This document shows positions 20,678 through 30,769 of a stretch of DNA of 64,000 bases, one piece after another (the first letter of the stretch is position 1; each line of letters opens with the position of its first letter). Source of the DNA: an uncultured Thermoplasmata archaeon. GTDB taxonomy: Archaea > Thermoplasmatota > Thermoplasmata > Lutacidiplasmatales > UBA184. The notes under the pieces are model-generated. The model made no database searches. It was given only the letters and a program-made list of their open reading frames with translations, and was not told the DNA's origin. The position numbers and the translations under genes were made by a program. The stretch is from contig CAWDQP010000010.1 of assembly GCA_963804505.1 (NCBI GenBank), positions 123,330 to 187,329 on the forward strand, read 5' to 3'.

Positions 20678-21076
20678 TCACGCGGTCGAGGCGATCCGAG
20701 TCACCGCGTGCTGCGCCGGTTCGATCAGGTACAGCACTCCCGCCAGGAGGGCGAGAATGCCACCGACGAACGCGAGCAGGTTGCCGCCCATGCCCAGCAC
20801 GGCCCAGCCGATGACCGCGAGGACGACCAGCATCACTCCGCTGGCCACCGGGCGCTCCTTCCATCCGTGCTCACCCAAGTGGGCGAACAGGAGGACGAGG
20901 GCTCCGACCACGAACAGGACGACCGCCTCGCCAAGGGCGCCGGCCGCCCCCAACGCCCGACCGAGGGCCAGGTCGGCGAATCCGAAGATCACAGCGACCA
21001 AACCGCCGACGAGGATGAGGAGTCCGCCGACCAAGCCGAAGAGATGTCCCATCGTGCGCTCTGTAGTTGTTTCCAT
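20678..21076 (-). CDS. small integral membrane protein, hypothetical
   Basis: 132 aa with four hydrophobic helices. Confidence 0.45.
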   Translation of the reverse strand: METTTERTMGHLFGLVGGLLILVGGLVAVIFGFADLALGRALGAAGALGEAVVLFVVGALVLLFAHLGEHGWKERPVASGVMLVVLAVIGWAVLGMGGNLLAFVGGILALLAGVLYLIEPAQHAVTRIASTA

Positions 21077-21392
21077 TGTCTCTCACCTCCTGTTCAATAG
21101 CTCCGCCCATAGAACCCCGGAGACCCCGGGGCCTTTCGCAGGCAGGTTGCTGAAACCTTGCCGCCATCCTACTTGAACCCTTGTCCACGGTTTCGCAGAA
21201 GTGCCCTCTCGCCGTGAAAATCTTCGGCGAACGCCGGACGAGACCCCCCCCCCAACTACCACGATTGTCGAACCGTCCGCGGTGGGATCGGCGGTCGCGG
21301 AGGCAGGGGGAACCACCCCCCCCGACCCTCTACCCCTAAGTCCATATCCCCTGAGCCGACCTCAGGTGAACAGCCCACCGGGGGGCCCGCCC

Positions 21393-22775
21393 GTGACTTC
21401 TTTGTCCATCTGCATCAACACGCAGACGCCGCTCGTCCAGTTCCTCGACCCGCCCGAGGGAGTCCTGCGTTCCGACGTGACGCCCGACCCCGCCGACCTC
21501 GCGGAGCTCCGGGAGGGGATCGATTACCGGTACTCTCCCGGCGGGGTCACTCGGATGGTCTACCCGCTGGTCCGACGGCTCCTCCGCACGAAAGTCCTCA
21601 GCGAGGCACACTGGGTCGCGCTGAATCCCCGCGCTCCACGCACCGTCCGTCTCGACGGCATGACCCTGCACCATGTCGCGCTCGAAAGCCGGCGGATGGC
21701 CGGGTACGGGGCGGTGAAGGAGGCGATCTGGGGCCGAATCCACGAGGTCGATGCCTCCGACCCCGAGGACGACCTGTTCTGGAGCGACGCATTCTCCGAA
21801 TACGCGTACTACAACCGGCGCACCGCCGAGCTGATACGAAAGCTGGACGACACCCACGACTTCGACGCGTTCTACATCCACGATTTCCAGCAGATGCCCG
21901 TCGGGCAAATGCTCGGGACGCTGAAACCGAAGATCTTCCGTTGGCATATTCCGTTCGACGCGGCCACGCTCCCCGGATCGTGGCGGTCGGTGTGGCGTTC
22001 GTACCTGGACAGCTACGACATGATCGTCGTGAGCGCGGCCCAGTATGCGGCATCGCTCGCCCGGCTCGAACCGAAGGGCAAGGTGGTCCGCCAGTACCCC
22101 TACGTCGACCCGGACGAATACTCCCGGCCGGGTCGCCGGGCGGTCGCAGCCGTCGGCCGCCGATTGGGACTGGCGGCGGAGGACGAGGTGGCGCTCGTGG
22201 TCGGTCGGATGGACCCGATCAAGGGACAGGACCTTGCGATCGCCGCGATGGCCAAGCTCGCCGACCGCTACCCCGCGCTCAAGTTGGTGCTTGTCGGGAA
22301 CGGCAGCTTCTCGGGCTCGCGGGCCGGCCTCGGCCTCTCGAAATCGTCCGTCTGGAGAACCCACCTGGAGGACGTGGTGAAAAGCGCGAACCTCGAGGGT
22401 CGGGTCGTCTTCACCGGCCACGTTTCGCAGGCCGACCTCGATTGTCTCTACGAGCGGTGCCGTTTCACCATCCTCCCGTCCGTTCGGGAGGGGTTCGGCC
22501 TCGTCGCTGTCGAGAGCTGGCTGCACGGCAAGCCGACGATCGTAACGAAGCGCTCCGGGATCGCCGAGCTGGTCCGCGACGGGACGAACGGCCTCCTGTT
22601 CGACCCCGATCGTCCCGGCGGGCTCGTCCGGAAGATGAGGCTATTATTGGACGACCGCTCCGGACGGCTGCGCGATCGGTTGGTTCGCAACGGACGCACG
22701 ACCGCTCGGAAGTGCTCGCTGGCGGCCGCCGCGATCGCGGAACGGGCGATGCTGGTCGAGCTCACGGAGGCGTGA
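21393..22775 (+). CDS. GT4-family glycosyltransferase, TreT-like trehalose glycosyltransferring synthase
   Basis: Collinear with Pyrococcus TreT motifs from memory: GGVTRMVYPLVRRLL (TreT GGVAEILHSLVPLL), YIHDFQQMP (VHDPQP), PKIFRWHIPFD (PWLWRCHIDLS), REGFGLVAVESWLHGKPTI. An in-frame GTG at 21393 fits the TreT N-terminal length. Confidence 0.7.
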   Translation: MTSLSICINTQTPLVQFLDPPEGVLRSDVTPDPADLAELREGIDYRYSPGGVTRMVYPLVRRLLRTKVLSEAHWVALNPRAPRTVRLDGMTLHHVALESRRMAGYGAVKEAIWGRIHEVDASDPEDDLFWSDAFSEYAYYNRRTAELIRKLDDTHDFDAFYIHDFQQMPVGQMLGTLKPKIFRWHIPFDAATLPGSWRSVWRSYLDSYDMIVVSAAQYAASLARLEPKGKVVRQYPYVDPDEYSRPGRRAVAAVGRRLGLAAEDEVALVVGRMDPIKGQDLAIAAMAKLADRYPALKLVLVGNGSFSGSRAGLGLSKSSVWRTHLEDVVKSANLEGRVVFTGHVSQADLDCLYERCRFTILPSVREGFGLVAVESWLHGKPTIVTKRSGIAELVRDGTNGLLFDPDRPGGLVRKMRLLLDDRSGRLRDRLVRNGRTTARKCSLAAAAIAERAMLVELTEA

Positions 22776-23533
22776 ATGACGCTGCTGGGGGCGCTGTGGG
22801 ACTGGGTCGGACCGTACGCGCCGGCCGCGGTCATCATCACCCTCACGGTCGTCCTCGCCTGGCTCGTCAGCCTGCTGGTCGGCCGCCTCCTGCGCCAGAG
22901 CAGCCCCCAGATGGCCGCGGCGGGCCGACGCCTCTCCGCGGCGATCGTCGGCCTGGTCGGTGCCACGCTCGCCCTCCAGGCGCTGGGCCTGAACGCGGAC
23001 ATCGTCCTCGTACTGATCGCTCTGCTCGGCGGGGGTATCCTCGTCGCCCTGAGAGAGCCGCTCGGCAATTACGGTGCGAAGTACTTCTCCGACATCTACA
23101 CGCCGTTCAAGGTCGGCGACACGATCCAGGTCCTGGGGTTCTCGGGGAAGGTCATCGAGATCAACGCGATGACGACGGTCCTGCTCTCCGACAACGACCA
23201 GATCGTCTCGGTGCCGAACGTCGCGATGATCCGGGACGTGGTCGTGAACACCTCCCCGCACGCGTGGAAGGAGGTCGTCATCCCCATCACGATCGGCGGA
23301 CACGCCGACCTCGCGGCGTTCGAGAGCGACCTGCGCAAATCGCTCGCGAAGCTCCGCACCCGGCTCGACCGGCGGTTCCCCCGGTGCTGACGACCAAAGC
23401 GCGCTCGGCCCAGTCCACCGAATTGACCCTCACGCTGATGATCCGTCGGCCCGAGGACCGCGACGCGATCACGGCCGAAGTGAACAAACGGCTCGCCGAG
23501 GTTCTGGAGATGGTTCGCGGCACCCGCCGCTAG
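22776..23533 (+). CDS. small-conductance mechanosensitive channel (MscS family), frameshifted near 23385
   Basis: Motif FKVGDTIQVLGFSGKVIEINAMTTVLLSDNDQIVSVPNVAMIRDVVVN. The C-terminal tail continues in another frame (…RPEDRDAITAEVNKRLAEVLEMV). The start overlaps the TreT stop (TGAATG). Confidence 0.7.
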
Positions 23534-24250
23534 CCTCGGCCGGCGAGCATCGCGGCCGCGAGAGGCCCTCGGACGAACTCGAGCGCCCCGACGTCAAACC
23601 TGCCTCGGCAGACGTACTCCGCCGCGGCCCGGACGCGCGGCTCGGCGTTGCCGACGGCGGCAGCGAGCACGGCTCCGTGCAGGAGATCGAGGTCGTTCTC
23701 GGCGTCCCCCAGCGCGGCATAGCCACCGTGCGCCACCCGCAGCTGCCGCAGAGCCGTTCGGGTGCCCGACCCTTTGTCGACGGCGGGCGGGAGGGCCATG
23801 ACCCGGTCGACGTTGGCGAGAAAGCGCACTCGCTGACCCCGGAGGGCTTTGACCAGCGCAGGCCGCTCACGGAGGGGCACCGAAACGATGACCTCACCGT
23901 ACCGCGCGTGGATCCTGGGCCAGGCGTCGAGACGCCGGCGGACCTGGGTGCCGATGCCACGCCCTACCATGCGGAGCGACGATCCGAGCGGGGCCTCGAC
24001 GACCGCGCCGTTCTCCGCGACGATCCCATCGACGTGACCGAACGACCGCGCGAACGCCCGGAGCTTGTCGGTACTCGCGGCCGGAGACGAGGAGCGTCCG
24101 AAGGCCCATGGCCTGCGCTTCTCGAAGGGCGTCCCTTCCTCGGCGGGTCACCCGGCCCCCGGGGCGAATCAAGGTCCGGTCGAGATCGCTGGCGAATGCA
24201 ACGATTCCCGGCCCCTTCCCGAGAGTCCCGGGAATGGGTGTTGGCCCCAC
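23530..24250 (-). CDS. HAD-superfamily (Cof-type) sugar-phosphate phosphatase, frameshifted near 24010
   Basis: Motif I (IVAFASDLDRTL) and motif II (TLLVSGREY) lie in one frame. SFGHVDGIVAENGAVV and motifs III/IV (VDKGSGTRTALRQL..ALGDAENDLDLL) lie in the adjacent frame. Confidence 0.65.
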
Positions 24251-24388
24251 GAGGGCACGCCTCTCCCCACGGAAACGACTATGGTACGTCCGCGCGTCAT
24301 GATATCGGTGCCGCGGCGAGGTCATCGGAATGGCAATCGAGGCGCAGCCGACTAGTTACGGATTCCTCCGGAGCCGTTCCGCGGGGAG

Positions 24389-26278
24389 GTGACGATGGGC
24401 GGGGGCCCGATGCCGTCGGAGCGACCGCGAGCGGCGGACCGAACGGAATCGGACGCCCTTTCCGCCTCCGTGGAAGCAGGCGAGCCCTGGCCCTCGCTCA
24501 ACGACTACGGTCTCATCGGGAACGAGACGACAGGGGCGCTCGTTTCCCGGCACGGGTCGATCGATTGGGCCTGCCTTCCCCGTTTCGACAGTCCGAGCGT
24601 CTTCGCCCGCCTGCTCGACCGCCGCGCGGGAGGATCGCACCAGGTCGTACCGGTCGAGAAGTACGTCTCCCACCAGCAGTACGTCGGCGGCACGAACGTC
24701 CTGACTACTTTCTTCGAGATCCGGCGTGGCGTGACCCTGACCCTGACCGATTTCATGCCGACGGGCCCGCCGGTCACTTCGATCGGCGGAGATCCGAGGG
24801 TGGTGCGCCGCGTGGTCGCCCGGGGTGCGGGGGTCGACGTCCTCCTCCTCGCCGACCCTCGGTTCGACTATGCCCGGTCCGACCCCGCGTGGGAGGGCGC
24901 GGACGGCGTCGCGATTGCGACGAGCGGGCCCGCGCGGATGTCGTTCACCAGCCCGTGGCCGTGGCAGGCTCACGGCGTGGGGATGCGCTCCGGGGGGACG
25001 GTCGAGCCGGGTCGACCGATCTTCGTGCAGCTCCGCTGGGGCGATGCGCCCCCGGCGGAGCCGACGCCCTCGTCGCTCCTCGCGGTGACGGACGCCTACT
25101 GGCGCGGCTGGGTCTCCCCGACGGACGCACCGATGCGGCGCGTCGCCGCGCGGTGGCATCCGTGGGTGGAGCGCTCGGAGCTCGTACTCAAGCTGCTCTC
25201 GTACGCCGACTCGGGCGTGTTCGTGGCCGCGCCCACGACATCGCTGCCCGAGTGGCCGGGGGGTTCCCGCAACTGGGACTACCGGTATGTCTGGATCCGG
25301 GACGCCGCGTTCACGGCCCAGGTGTTCCTTCTCCTCGGTCACGTCAGCGAGGCCCGGGCGTACGTCTCCTGGGCGTTCGACCGGGCCGAGCGGCTGAAGG
25401 ACGACGAGGAGCTGCGTACCGTCTACACCGTGGACGGCGGCGACCCTCCCGCCGAAACCGAATTGACGCACCTCGAGGGATACCGTGGCTCCCGCCCCGT
25501 GCGCGTCGGGAACGATGCGGCGGGCCAGCGCCAGCTCGACATCTACGGGGAGATCCTCGACTCCGCGGCGCTCCTCGAGCGGCTCGACCCGGCGTTCGTC
25601 CGTGACCACTGGTCGACGATCGAACGGCTCGCGCAGAGGATCGTCACGCTGTGGGCCTTGCCGGACAGCGGCATGTGGGAGGCGCGGTCGGCCCCGGCCC
25701 ATCACGTTCACTCGAAGTTGATGTGCTGGGTGGCGCTCGACCGGGCCATCCATCTCGCCCAGGAGTTCGGCAAGACCGACCCGGTCGACCGGTGGTCGAG
25801 GGTCGCCGACGAGATCCGGGCTGCGATCCTGTCCCGCGGGTACGACGACCGGCTCGGGTCGTTCGTCCAGGTCTTCGACCGATCCGAGATCGACGCGAGC
25901 GCGCTGCGGATCGGTCTGGACGGGTTCTTGCCCCCGAACGATCCCCGCGTCGTCGGCACGATCGCCGCTGTGGAGCAGAAGCTCGCTCGTGGGCCCTTCG
26001 TCCGGCGCTACGAGGGCGACGACGGTGTTGGTGGTCCGGAGGGGGCGTTCCTGCTCTGCTCGTTCTGGCTCGTCGAGTCGCTCGCCAAGAGCGGTCAGAT
26101 GGACCGGGCGCTCGACCACTGGCGCGCGCTGCTTGACGTCGCCGGCCCGCTGTTGCTGTTCCCCGAGGAGTACGACCCGGTCGCGAAGCTGCCGCTCGGG
26201 AACTATCCTCAGGCATTCACGCACATTGGCGTGCTTCGTGCGGCGTTCGCGCTCGGGTTGATGTCGCCGGAAGGATAG
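24389..26278 (+). CDS. glycoside hydrolase family 15 (glucoamylase/trehalase-type) protein
   Basis: GH15 N-terminal domain signature DYGLIGNETTGALVSRHGSIDWACLPRFDSPSVFARLLD, and an (alpha/alpha)6 catalytic domain (WDYRYVWIRDAAFTAQ). Intact 629-aa ORF. Confidence 0.75.
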   Translation: MTMGGGPMPSERPRAADRTESDALSASVEAGEPWPSLNDYGLIGNETTGALVSRHGSIDWACLPRFDSPSVFARLLDRRAGGSHQVVPVEKYVSHQQYVGGTNVLTTFFEIRRGVTLTLTDFMPTGPPVTSIGGDPRVVRRVVARGAGVDVLLLADPRFDYARSDPAWEGADGVAIATSGPARMSFTSPWPWQAHGVGMRSGGTVEPGRPIFVQLRWGDAPPAEPTPSSLLAVTDAYWRGWVSPTDAPMRRVAARWHPWVERSELVLKLLSYADSGVFVAAPTTSLPEWPGGSRNWDYRYVWIRDAAFTAQVFLLLGHVSEARAYVSWAFDRAERLKDDEELRTVYTVDGGDPPAETELTHLEGYRGSRPVRVGNDAAGQRQLDIYGEILDSAALLERLDPAFVRDHWSTIERLAQRIVTLWALPDSGMWEARSAPAHHVHSKLMCWVALDRAIHLAQEFGKTDPVDRWSRVADEIRAAILSRGYDDRLGSFVQVFDRSEIDASALRIGLDGFLPPNDPRVVGTIAAVEQKLARGPFVRRYEGDDGVGGPEGAFLLCSFWLVESLAKSGQMDRALDHWRALLDVAGPLLLFPEEYDPVAKLPLGNYPQAFTHIGVLRAAFALGLMSPEG

Positions 26279-26351
26279 GCGGCGCGGCGGGCGTTGGGCC
26301 GGGAGATGGTGCGGGCTTTGAGGGTGCTATTGGGGTAGAGCTTTGGCTGGC

Positions 26352-26645
26352 CTACGGAAGGTCAATCACCAACTTCTGATTCTCGACACGGACGGGGTAG
26401 GTCTTCACCGACTGGGTCGCCGGGCCCCGCCGGACCGCTCCCGTCGCTAGATCGAATTGTGATCCGTGCCACGGGCAGGTTACGATGCCGTTCCCGACCG
26501 GTCCCTGTTCGAGGGGACCGCGCACGTGCGTGCAAGCGGCATCGATGGCGTGCAAGGCAGGTCCGAGGTTGAACACCGCGATGGCTCGCCCGTCCACCAT
26601 GACCCGTACGGCAGTGCCGGGCGAAGGAGGCGGCTGATTGGCCAC
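26352..26645 (-). CDS. Rieske [2Fe-2S] domain ferredoxin
   Basis: Motifs CTHVRGPL and CPWHGSQFDL (CxH…CxxH). 97 aa. Confidence 0.75.
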   Translation of the reverse strand: MANQPPPSPGTAVRVMVDGRAIAVFNLGPALHAIDAACTHVRGPLEQGPVGNGIVTCPWHGSQFDLATGAVRRGPATQSVKTYPVRVENQKLVIDLP

Positions 26646-26910
26646 ATGCGCCGGGGTCGTTTGGCGTCCCCCTCCGTCGTCATGTCTCCCGCCGCATAAC
26701 TCTTCAGGCCTATGGGGCGGTGGCCGCCTCGGGCGAGGTGGTCGCGCCGTGGCACGGCCGCGAGCTCACCCAAGCCACTGCCTCGAACGCGCGGCCGGCG
26801 GTGTTCAATCGAGCTTGAGTCCACACGCTACCGATCCCGTTCCTGCGGGCAGAATCGGGGCCCCTCGCCTCCGGAGTAAGGTTCAAGAACTCCCAGCCAC
26901 CCACCAAACT

Positions 26911-26962
26911 CGGCGATGAAGTCCGCCTGAACTGCCGGCCCGAGGCTGATGACTTCTACCCA
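26911..26962 (+). promoter_or_regulatory. fluoride riboswitch (crcB RNA motif)
   Basis: Sequence CGCCGAUGAAGUCCGCCUGAACUGCCGGCCCGAGGCUGAUGACUUCUACC matches the remembered aptamer pattern (GCGAUGnnnuCCGCC…AACUGCC…GCUGAUGnCUnCUAC), with the pseudoknot pairing GAUGAAGUC / GAUGACUUC. It lies about 50 nt upstream of crcB, followed by the GC hairpin GGGCGCgggggCGCCC. Confidence 0.7.
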
Positions 26963-27009
26963 GAATCGGGCGGGCGCGGGGGCGCCCGAGAACCCCCGGC
27001 AGGCGCAGC

Positions 27010-27399
27010 ATGGACGGAACGCAGGTGCGATTGGTGGCGTTGGTGGCGGTCGGCGGCGCGCTCGGCAGCGTCGCGCGCTACGGAGTGACCGGGCTTCTGA
27101 CCAAGGGAGACTTTCCGTGGGGGACGTTCGCGGTGAACTTCTCCGGAACGTTTCTGCTGACGGTCCTGTTCTTCCTGTTCCTGGGGCGAGGGTACCTCGC
27201 CCCGGAAGTACGAACGTTCCTGTTCATCGGCGTCTTCGGCGGGTACACCACGTTTTCGACGTTCGGCTTGGAGACGGTAACGTTCCTCCGCTCGGGTCAA
27301 CTCTGGCTGGGTGTCCTCGACATATCCCTTAACGGGGGGCTCTGCCTCCTGGGAGCTGTCGCGGGGGCCGCGATTGGGGTAGCGCTCGGAGCAGCCTAG
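27010..27399 (+). CDS. crcB: fluoride ion channel CrcB/Fluc
   Basis: Motifs GGALGSVARYGV, FPWGTFAVNFSGTFLL and FGGYTTFSTF. 129 aa. Confidence 0.85.
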   Translation: MDGTQVRLVALVAVGGALGSVARYGVTGLLTKGDFPWGTFAVNFSGTFLLTVLFFLFLGRGYLAPEVRTFLFIGVFGGYTTFSTFGLETVTFLRSGQLWLGVLDISLNGGLCLLGAVAGAAIGVALGAA

Positions 27400-27400
27400 C

Positions 27401-27730
27401 ATGAAGCTCGATGAGAAGGCGGTTCGACTCGAGATCTACGTGGGCGAGTCGGATCGATTCCACGGGAAGCCCGCCTACCAGGCCGTCGTGACGCTGATGC
27501 GAAGTCGGGGGCTGTGGGGCGCCACGGTGACCCGGGGGATCTACGGCTTCGGGAAGCGGAGCCTGCTGCATTCGGCCTCAGCTCTCCGTCTCAGCGAAGA
27601 TCTTCCCCTCATCATCGAGACCGTCGGCGCCGAGCCCAAGATCATGGCCATCGTACCGGAACTCAGCGAGATGGTGAAGGGCGGACTGATCACGATCGAG
27701 GACGTGAAGGTCCTGCGCTACCTCGGCTAG
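27401..27730 (+). CDS. DUF190 (PII-like) protein commonly linked to crcB
   Basis: Motif GESDRFHGKPAYQAVVTLMRSRGLWGATVTRGIYGFG. The gene starts 2 nt after the crcB stop. Confidence 0.75.
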   Translation: MKLDEKAVRLEIYVGESDRFHGKPAYQAVVTLMRSRGLWGATVTRGIYGFGKRSLLHSASALRLSEDLPLIIETVGAEPKIMAIVPELSEMVKGGLITIEDVKVLRYLG

Positions 27731-27992
27731 TGCTCCGCCCGAAGCATCCAGGGGGACGGGCCGTGCGAAGGAGACGGACGCCGCGCCGCAGGGCTTCCGC
27801 GCGTAGGGGCCTCTCGACGGCCGACGCTACGTCGGCCACCGAAGGAGGGTCTTCGGCGAGCGGTCGCCGCGCCATGGACCGGAGTTCGAACCCGACGAGT
27901 GGGTCAGTCGTCCCAAGCTCCCGTGGCAACCCCGCCGGGCCCCGGAAGTGGGCGCCTTCCCTTTCGGGGTCATGGGCTGCCTCGGGCGGGGG

Positions 27993-28736
27993 CTAGGCCG
28001 GGATGGTCCTGGCCTTGCTACCGACAAACAACCCCCGACGCGGCATGAAGCCATCGGACAGGAATCGCGCTGGGAAACCGGCACGCCGCATCAGCTCGAG
28101 GTGTTCCCTGCGAGGGAGGAGAAGCCCCACGTCGGTGACTCGGTGGTATTGGATCCCGCGCCCGGGTCTGCCAATCAGGAAGTGGTACTGGATCCTGGAA
28201 AGGTTTCCCCGCCTCTGGGAAAACGCCAATCGGAGCACCGTGAGCCTGGGGTCCTCGTGTTGGCGAAGATGTAAGGTCCCGGGCCGGAACGTGGACGGGT
28301 CGATCCAGGGTTCCACGATGATCACTCCGCCCGGCTTTAGATGCCGCGCGAAGTTCGCATAGGTCCTCCGAACCTCGTTCTTGGTGGAGAGGTGCCCGAT
28401 GGCGCTGAAGAGGCAGCTCAGGACGTCAAAGCGCCGATCCGAGCGGAAGTCTCGCATGTCCGCGAGCTCGAGGCGAACGCCGGGGAGGCGACGCCGCGCG
28501 ACGCGCAACATCGCCCGGCTGGAATCGATCCCTTGGACGGGGTGGTGGCAGCGTAGGAATTCGAGATGCCGTCCCGTTCCGCACGCCACGTCGAGCCAGG
28601 TCGCCCCCACGCGCGCCCCGAATCGCTGGGCGAGGGCCTCGAGCCGGGTCGCTTCGCGGCGGTAGTTCTTCCAGTCGTTGAGAGCGTCGTAGTCCTCCGC
28701 CAACTCGTAGAACTGGGAGGCGCCGGAGCCCCTCAT
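27993..28736 (-). CDS. class I SAM-dependent methyltransferase (Methyltransf_11/25-like)
   Basis: Motifs LDVACGTGRHLEFL and GGVIIVEPW. Start taken at MRGSGASQFYELAEDYD. Confidence 0.65.
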   Translation of the reverse strand: MRGSGASQFYELAEDYDALNDWKNYRREATRLEALAQRFGARVGATWLDVACGTGRHLEFLRCHHPVQGIDSSRAMLRVARRRLPGVRLELADMRDFRSDRRFDVLSCLFSAIGHLSTKNEVRRTYANFARHLKPGGVIIVEPWIDPSTFRPGTLHLRQHEDPRLTVLRLAFSQRRGNLSRIQYHFLIGRPGRGIQYHRVTDVGLLLPRREHLELMRRAGFPARFLSDGFMPRRGLFVGSKARTIPA

Positions 28737-28780
28737 GATCCGGCCCCGAACGCGCGGCGGGACGAGACGGCGGGCATACC

Positions 28781-29320
28781 TCACCTTGAGATCGGCTTCG
28801 CTCGGGCCTTGACTCGGGCCGTGGGAGGTAGGGAGTATCGCTGCGTCCACGAATCGGAGAGCTCGTCCCTGCGAGGCTTGTACACCTCCCCGTAGAACCC
28901 CTGGCGCGATTCCAGGACCGCGCGATCGAAGCCGCCGACGATCCGCATCGCCTCGCTCCATGCCGCCGCGAAGTTCTCCTTCGACCCGAAGCGTGCGATG
29001 ACCGATTGCTCGAACTTCTCCGCCGTCTGGTCCTCGTCGCCGATGGTGAAGACCAGCTCCGGGGAGCTCGGGTCGCGGAACGCCTCGTCATCGCCGAGCC
29101 GGTAGACCTCGCGGCGGGGCCGGCCCTTGGCCGATTCGGTCGGGGCTTCGTTCCCGGACGAGGACGGGCGGAACCCCTGCTTGGCGGCGGCGTAGAAGAC
29201 CGCCCGGTTCAATCCCCACGAATACGCCGCCTCCTGCGGCAGACCCAACGCTCGCGCCCGGGCCGCCTGGAGCACCGCCATCACGACGAACCGTGTCACC
29301 CGGCCAGCGTTCCGCACCAT
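28781..29320 (-). CDS. hypothetical protein
   Basis: 179-aa ORF with a protein-like sequence (…EKFEQSVIARFGSKENFAAAWSEAMRIVGGFDRAVL…). Confidence 0.4.
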   Translation of the reverse strand: MVRNAGRVTRFVVMAVLQAARARALGLPQEAAYSWGLNRAVFYAAAKQGFRPSSSGNEAPTESAKGRPRREVYRLGDDEAFRDPSSPELVFTIGDEDQTAEKFEQSVIARFGSKENFAAAWSEAMRIVGGFDRAVLESRQGFYGEVYKPRRDELSDSWTQRYSLPPTARVKARAKPISR

Positions 29321-29540
29321 ACGATGGATGTCGGTCCCGCGCGAATCCGGGGGCTCAATTCGAAAGCTCGAATATCTCTTGCGCGAAGGGCGACCCAGGG
29401 CCCGAGCCGGTCGGTTCGGCTACCGGCCGGCGAGCCCGTGCCCTGGCCACCGAGTTTTACACGCCACGGGACCTGCGGATGCTTCCACTGGAACACCGGC
29501 AGTTATATGGAGAATTTCGGATGATTCGTGCCCACCGAAC

Positions 29541-30176
29541 ATGGCCGCATTGCTCGAGCCTCCTAGGCCCCGACCGCTCTCGGGCTGGAGCGCTACCCGC
29601 TATCCCGGCCCGAGCGCCGAGGAGAGGGGGTATCGGTTGCAGGTCACGATCTCGGTCGAAGAACCCTCCGAAATCGACCCGCCGGCGGCGGCTCCGATCG
29701 AGCCGCCCCCTCCGGCAGTGGCCGAACTGCCCGCCCCGGTGCCCGCCGCCCCCGTGACCCCCCGACCCGACGCCAAGGGGCTCTACGACCTGCGACAGCT
29801 ACTGGGGCGAATTTGGTCGATTCCGGACGCGTCGACGCCCCCGACAACGTCGCCGTCTCCCGCCCCGCTCGAGCCCCACCACCCCGAGGAGGTCGTGCGG
29901 AGCCCCGAGCCCGATCCCCCCTCGGCACCGGAGGACCGCGGGCCCTCCGATTTCGCGCTGCTCTCCGTGATCCCGGATCGCGAGGAGCCCCACGAGATCC
30001 GACCCGCTCCCGTCGAGCCGCCGGGCACGATCCCCCGCTGGGTCTCGTCCCGGCCGGCCGGGAGCGTGGTCACGAGGCATCGGGCCCAGGCGTGGATCTG
30101 CGTCTCGTGCCGACTGATCAACGCGCCGTGGTCGGTGCTGTGCACCCGTTGCCGGAACGCCGCTCCTTCCAACTAG
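29541..30176 (+). CDS. Pro-rich protein with a C-terminal zinc ribbon
   Basis: ATG at 29541. Pro/Ala-rich linker, then CVSCRLINAPWSVLCTRC (CxxC…CxxC). Confidence 0.45.
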   Translation: MAALLEPPRPRPLSGWSATRYPGPSAEERGYRLQVTISVEEPSEIDPPAAAPIEPPPPAVAELPAPVPAAPVTPRPDAKGLYDLRQLLGRIWSIPDASTPPTTSPSPAPLEPHHPEEVVRSPEPDPPSAPEDRGPSDFALLSVIPDREEPHEIRPAPVEPPGTIPRWVSSRPAGSVVTRHRAQAWICVSCRLINAPWSVLCTRCRNAAPSN

Positions 30177-30197
30177 GCGCTCGCCCCGAGCGGAACT

Positions 30198-30743
30198 TCA
30201 CCGCGGGTTGTCCGAATCCGAGCCGCGTACTGCGCCGGACCGGCTCGCCCGGCTCGGGTCCACGTAGAGCCCCTGCGAGACCCGCAGGAATAGGAGGACC
30301 GGCTCCCCCAACCGGGTCACGGTGAGCCCGCGCTCGGTGAGCGCGTAGTTCACCCGGGGCGGGTGCGTCGAAAGCACTTCGCGCCGGACGAGTCCCATCC
30401 CTTCCAGCCGCTTCAGTTTCGAGGAGAGGACCCGGGAGCTGATCCCGGGAAGTGCCTTCTTGAGCTCCCCAAACCCCAGCTGGGTTTCGGTGTGGAACAG
30501 CACGAGGATGTCGATCGTCCATTTACCGAAGATCGACCGGACCAAGCCGAGGTTGACCCGGGGCGCGGCCTTCCCCGACCCGTCGGTGCTGAAGTCGGCC
30601 TGGGTCGCAAGGCTCTGGACGAACTCGGTCGACAGCTCGCGGAACTGGCGGAACTGGTCCTCGAGGAACAGTTCCCGGTTGCCGGACGGTGCCACCGCAT
30701 CCCGGGTGGCCAGCCGCGGGAGAGTGGGCCTTCGCGTCGTCAT
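30198..30743 (-). CDS. HxlR family transcriptional regulator
   Basis: Motif FGKWTIDILVLFHTETQLGFGELKKALPGISSRVLSSKLKRLEGMGLVRREV…YALTERG. Confidence 0.8.
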   Translation of the reverse strand: MTTRRPTLPRLATRDAVAPSGNRELFLEDQFRQFRELSTEFVQSLATQADFSTDGSGKAAPRVNLGLVRSIFGKWTIDILVLFHTETQLGFGELKKALPGISSRVLSSKLKRLEGMGLVRREVLSTHPPRVNYALTERGLTVTRLGEPVLLFLRVSQGLYVDPSRASRSGAVRGSDSDNPR

Positions 30744-30769
30744 TCTTCAAAATCCAATTGACAACCGTT

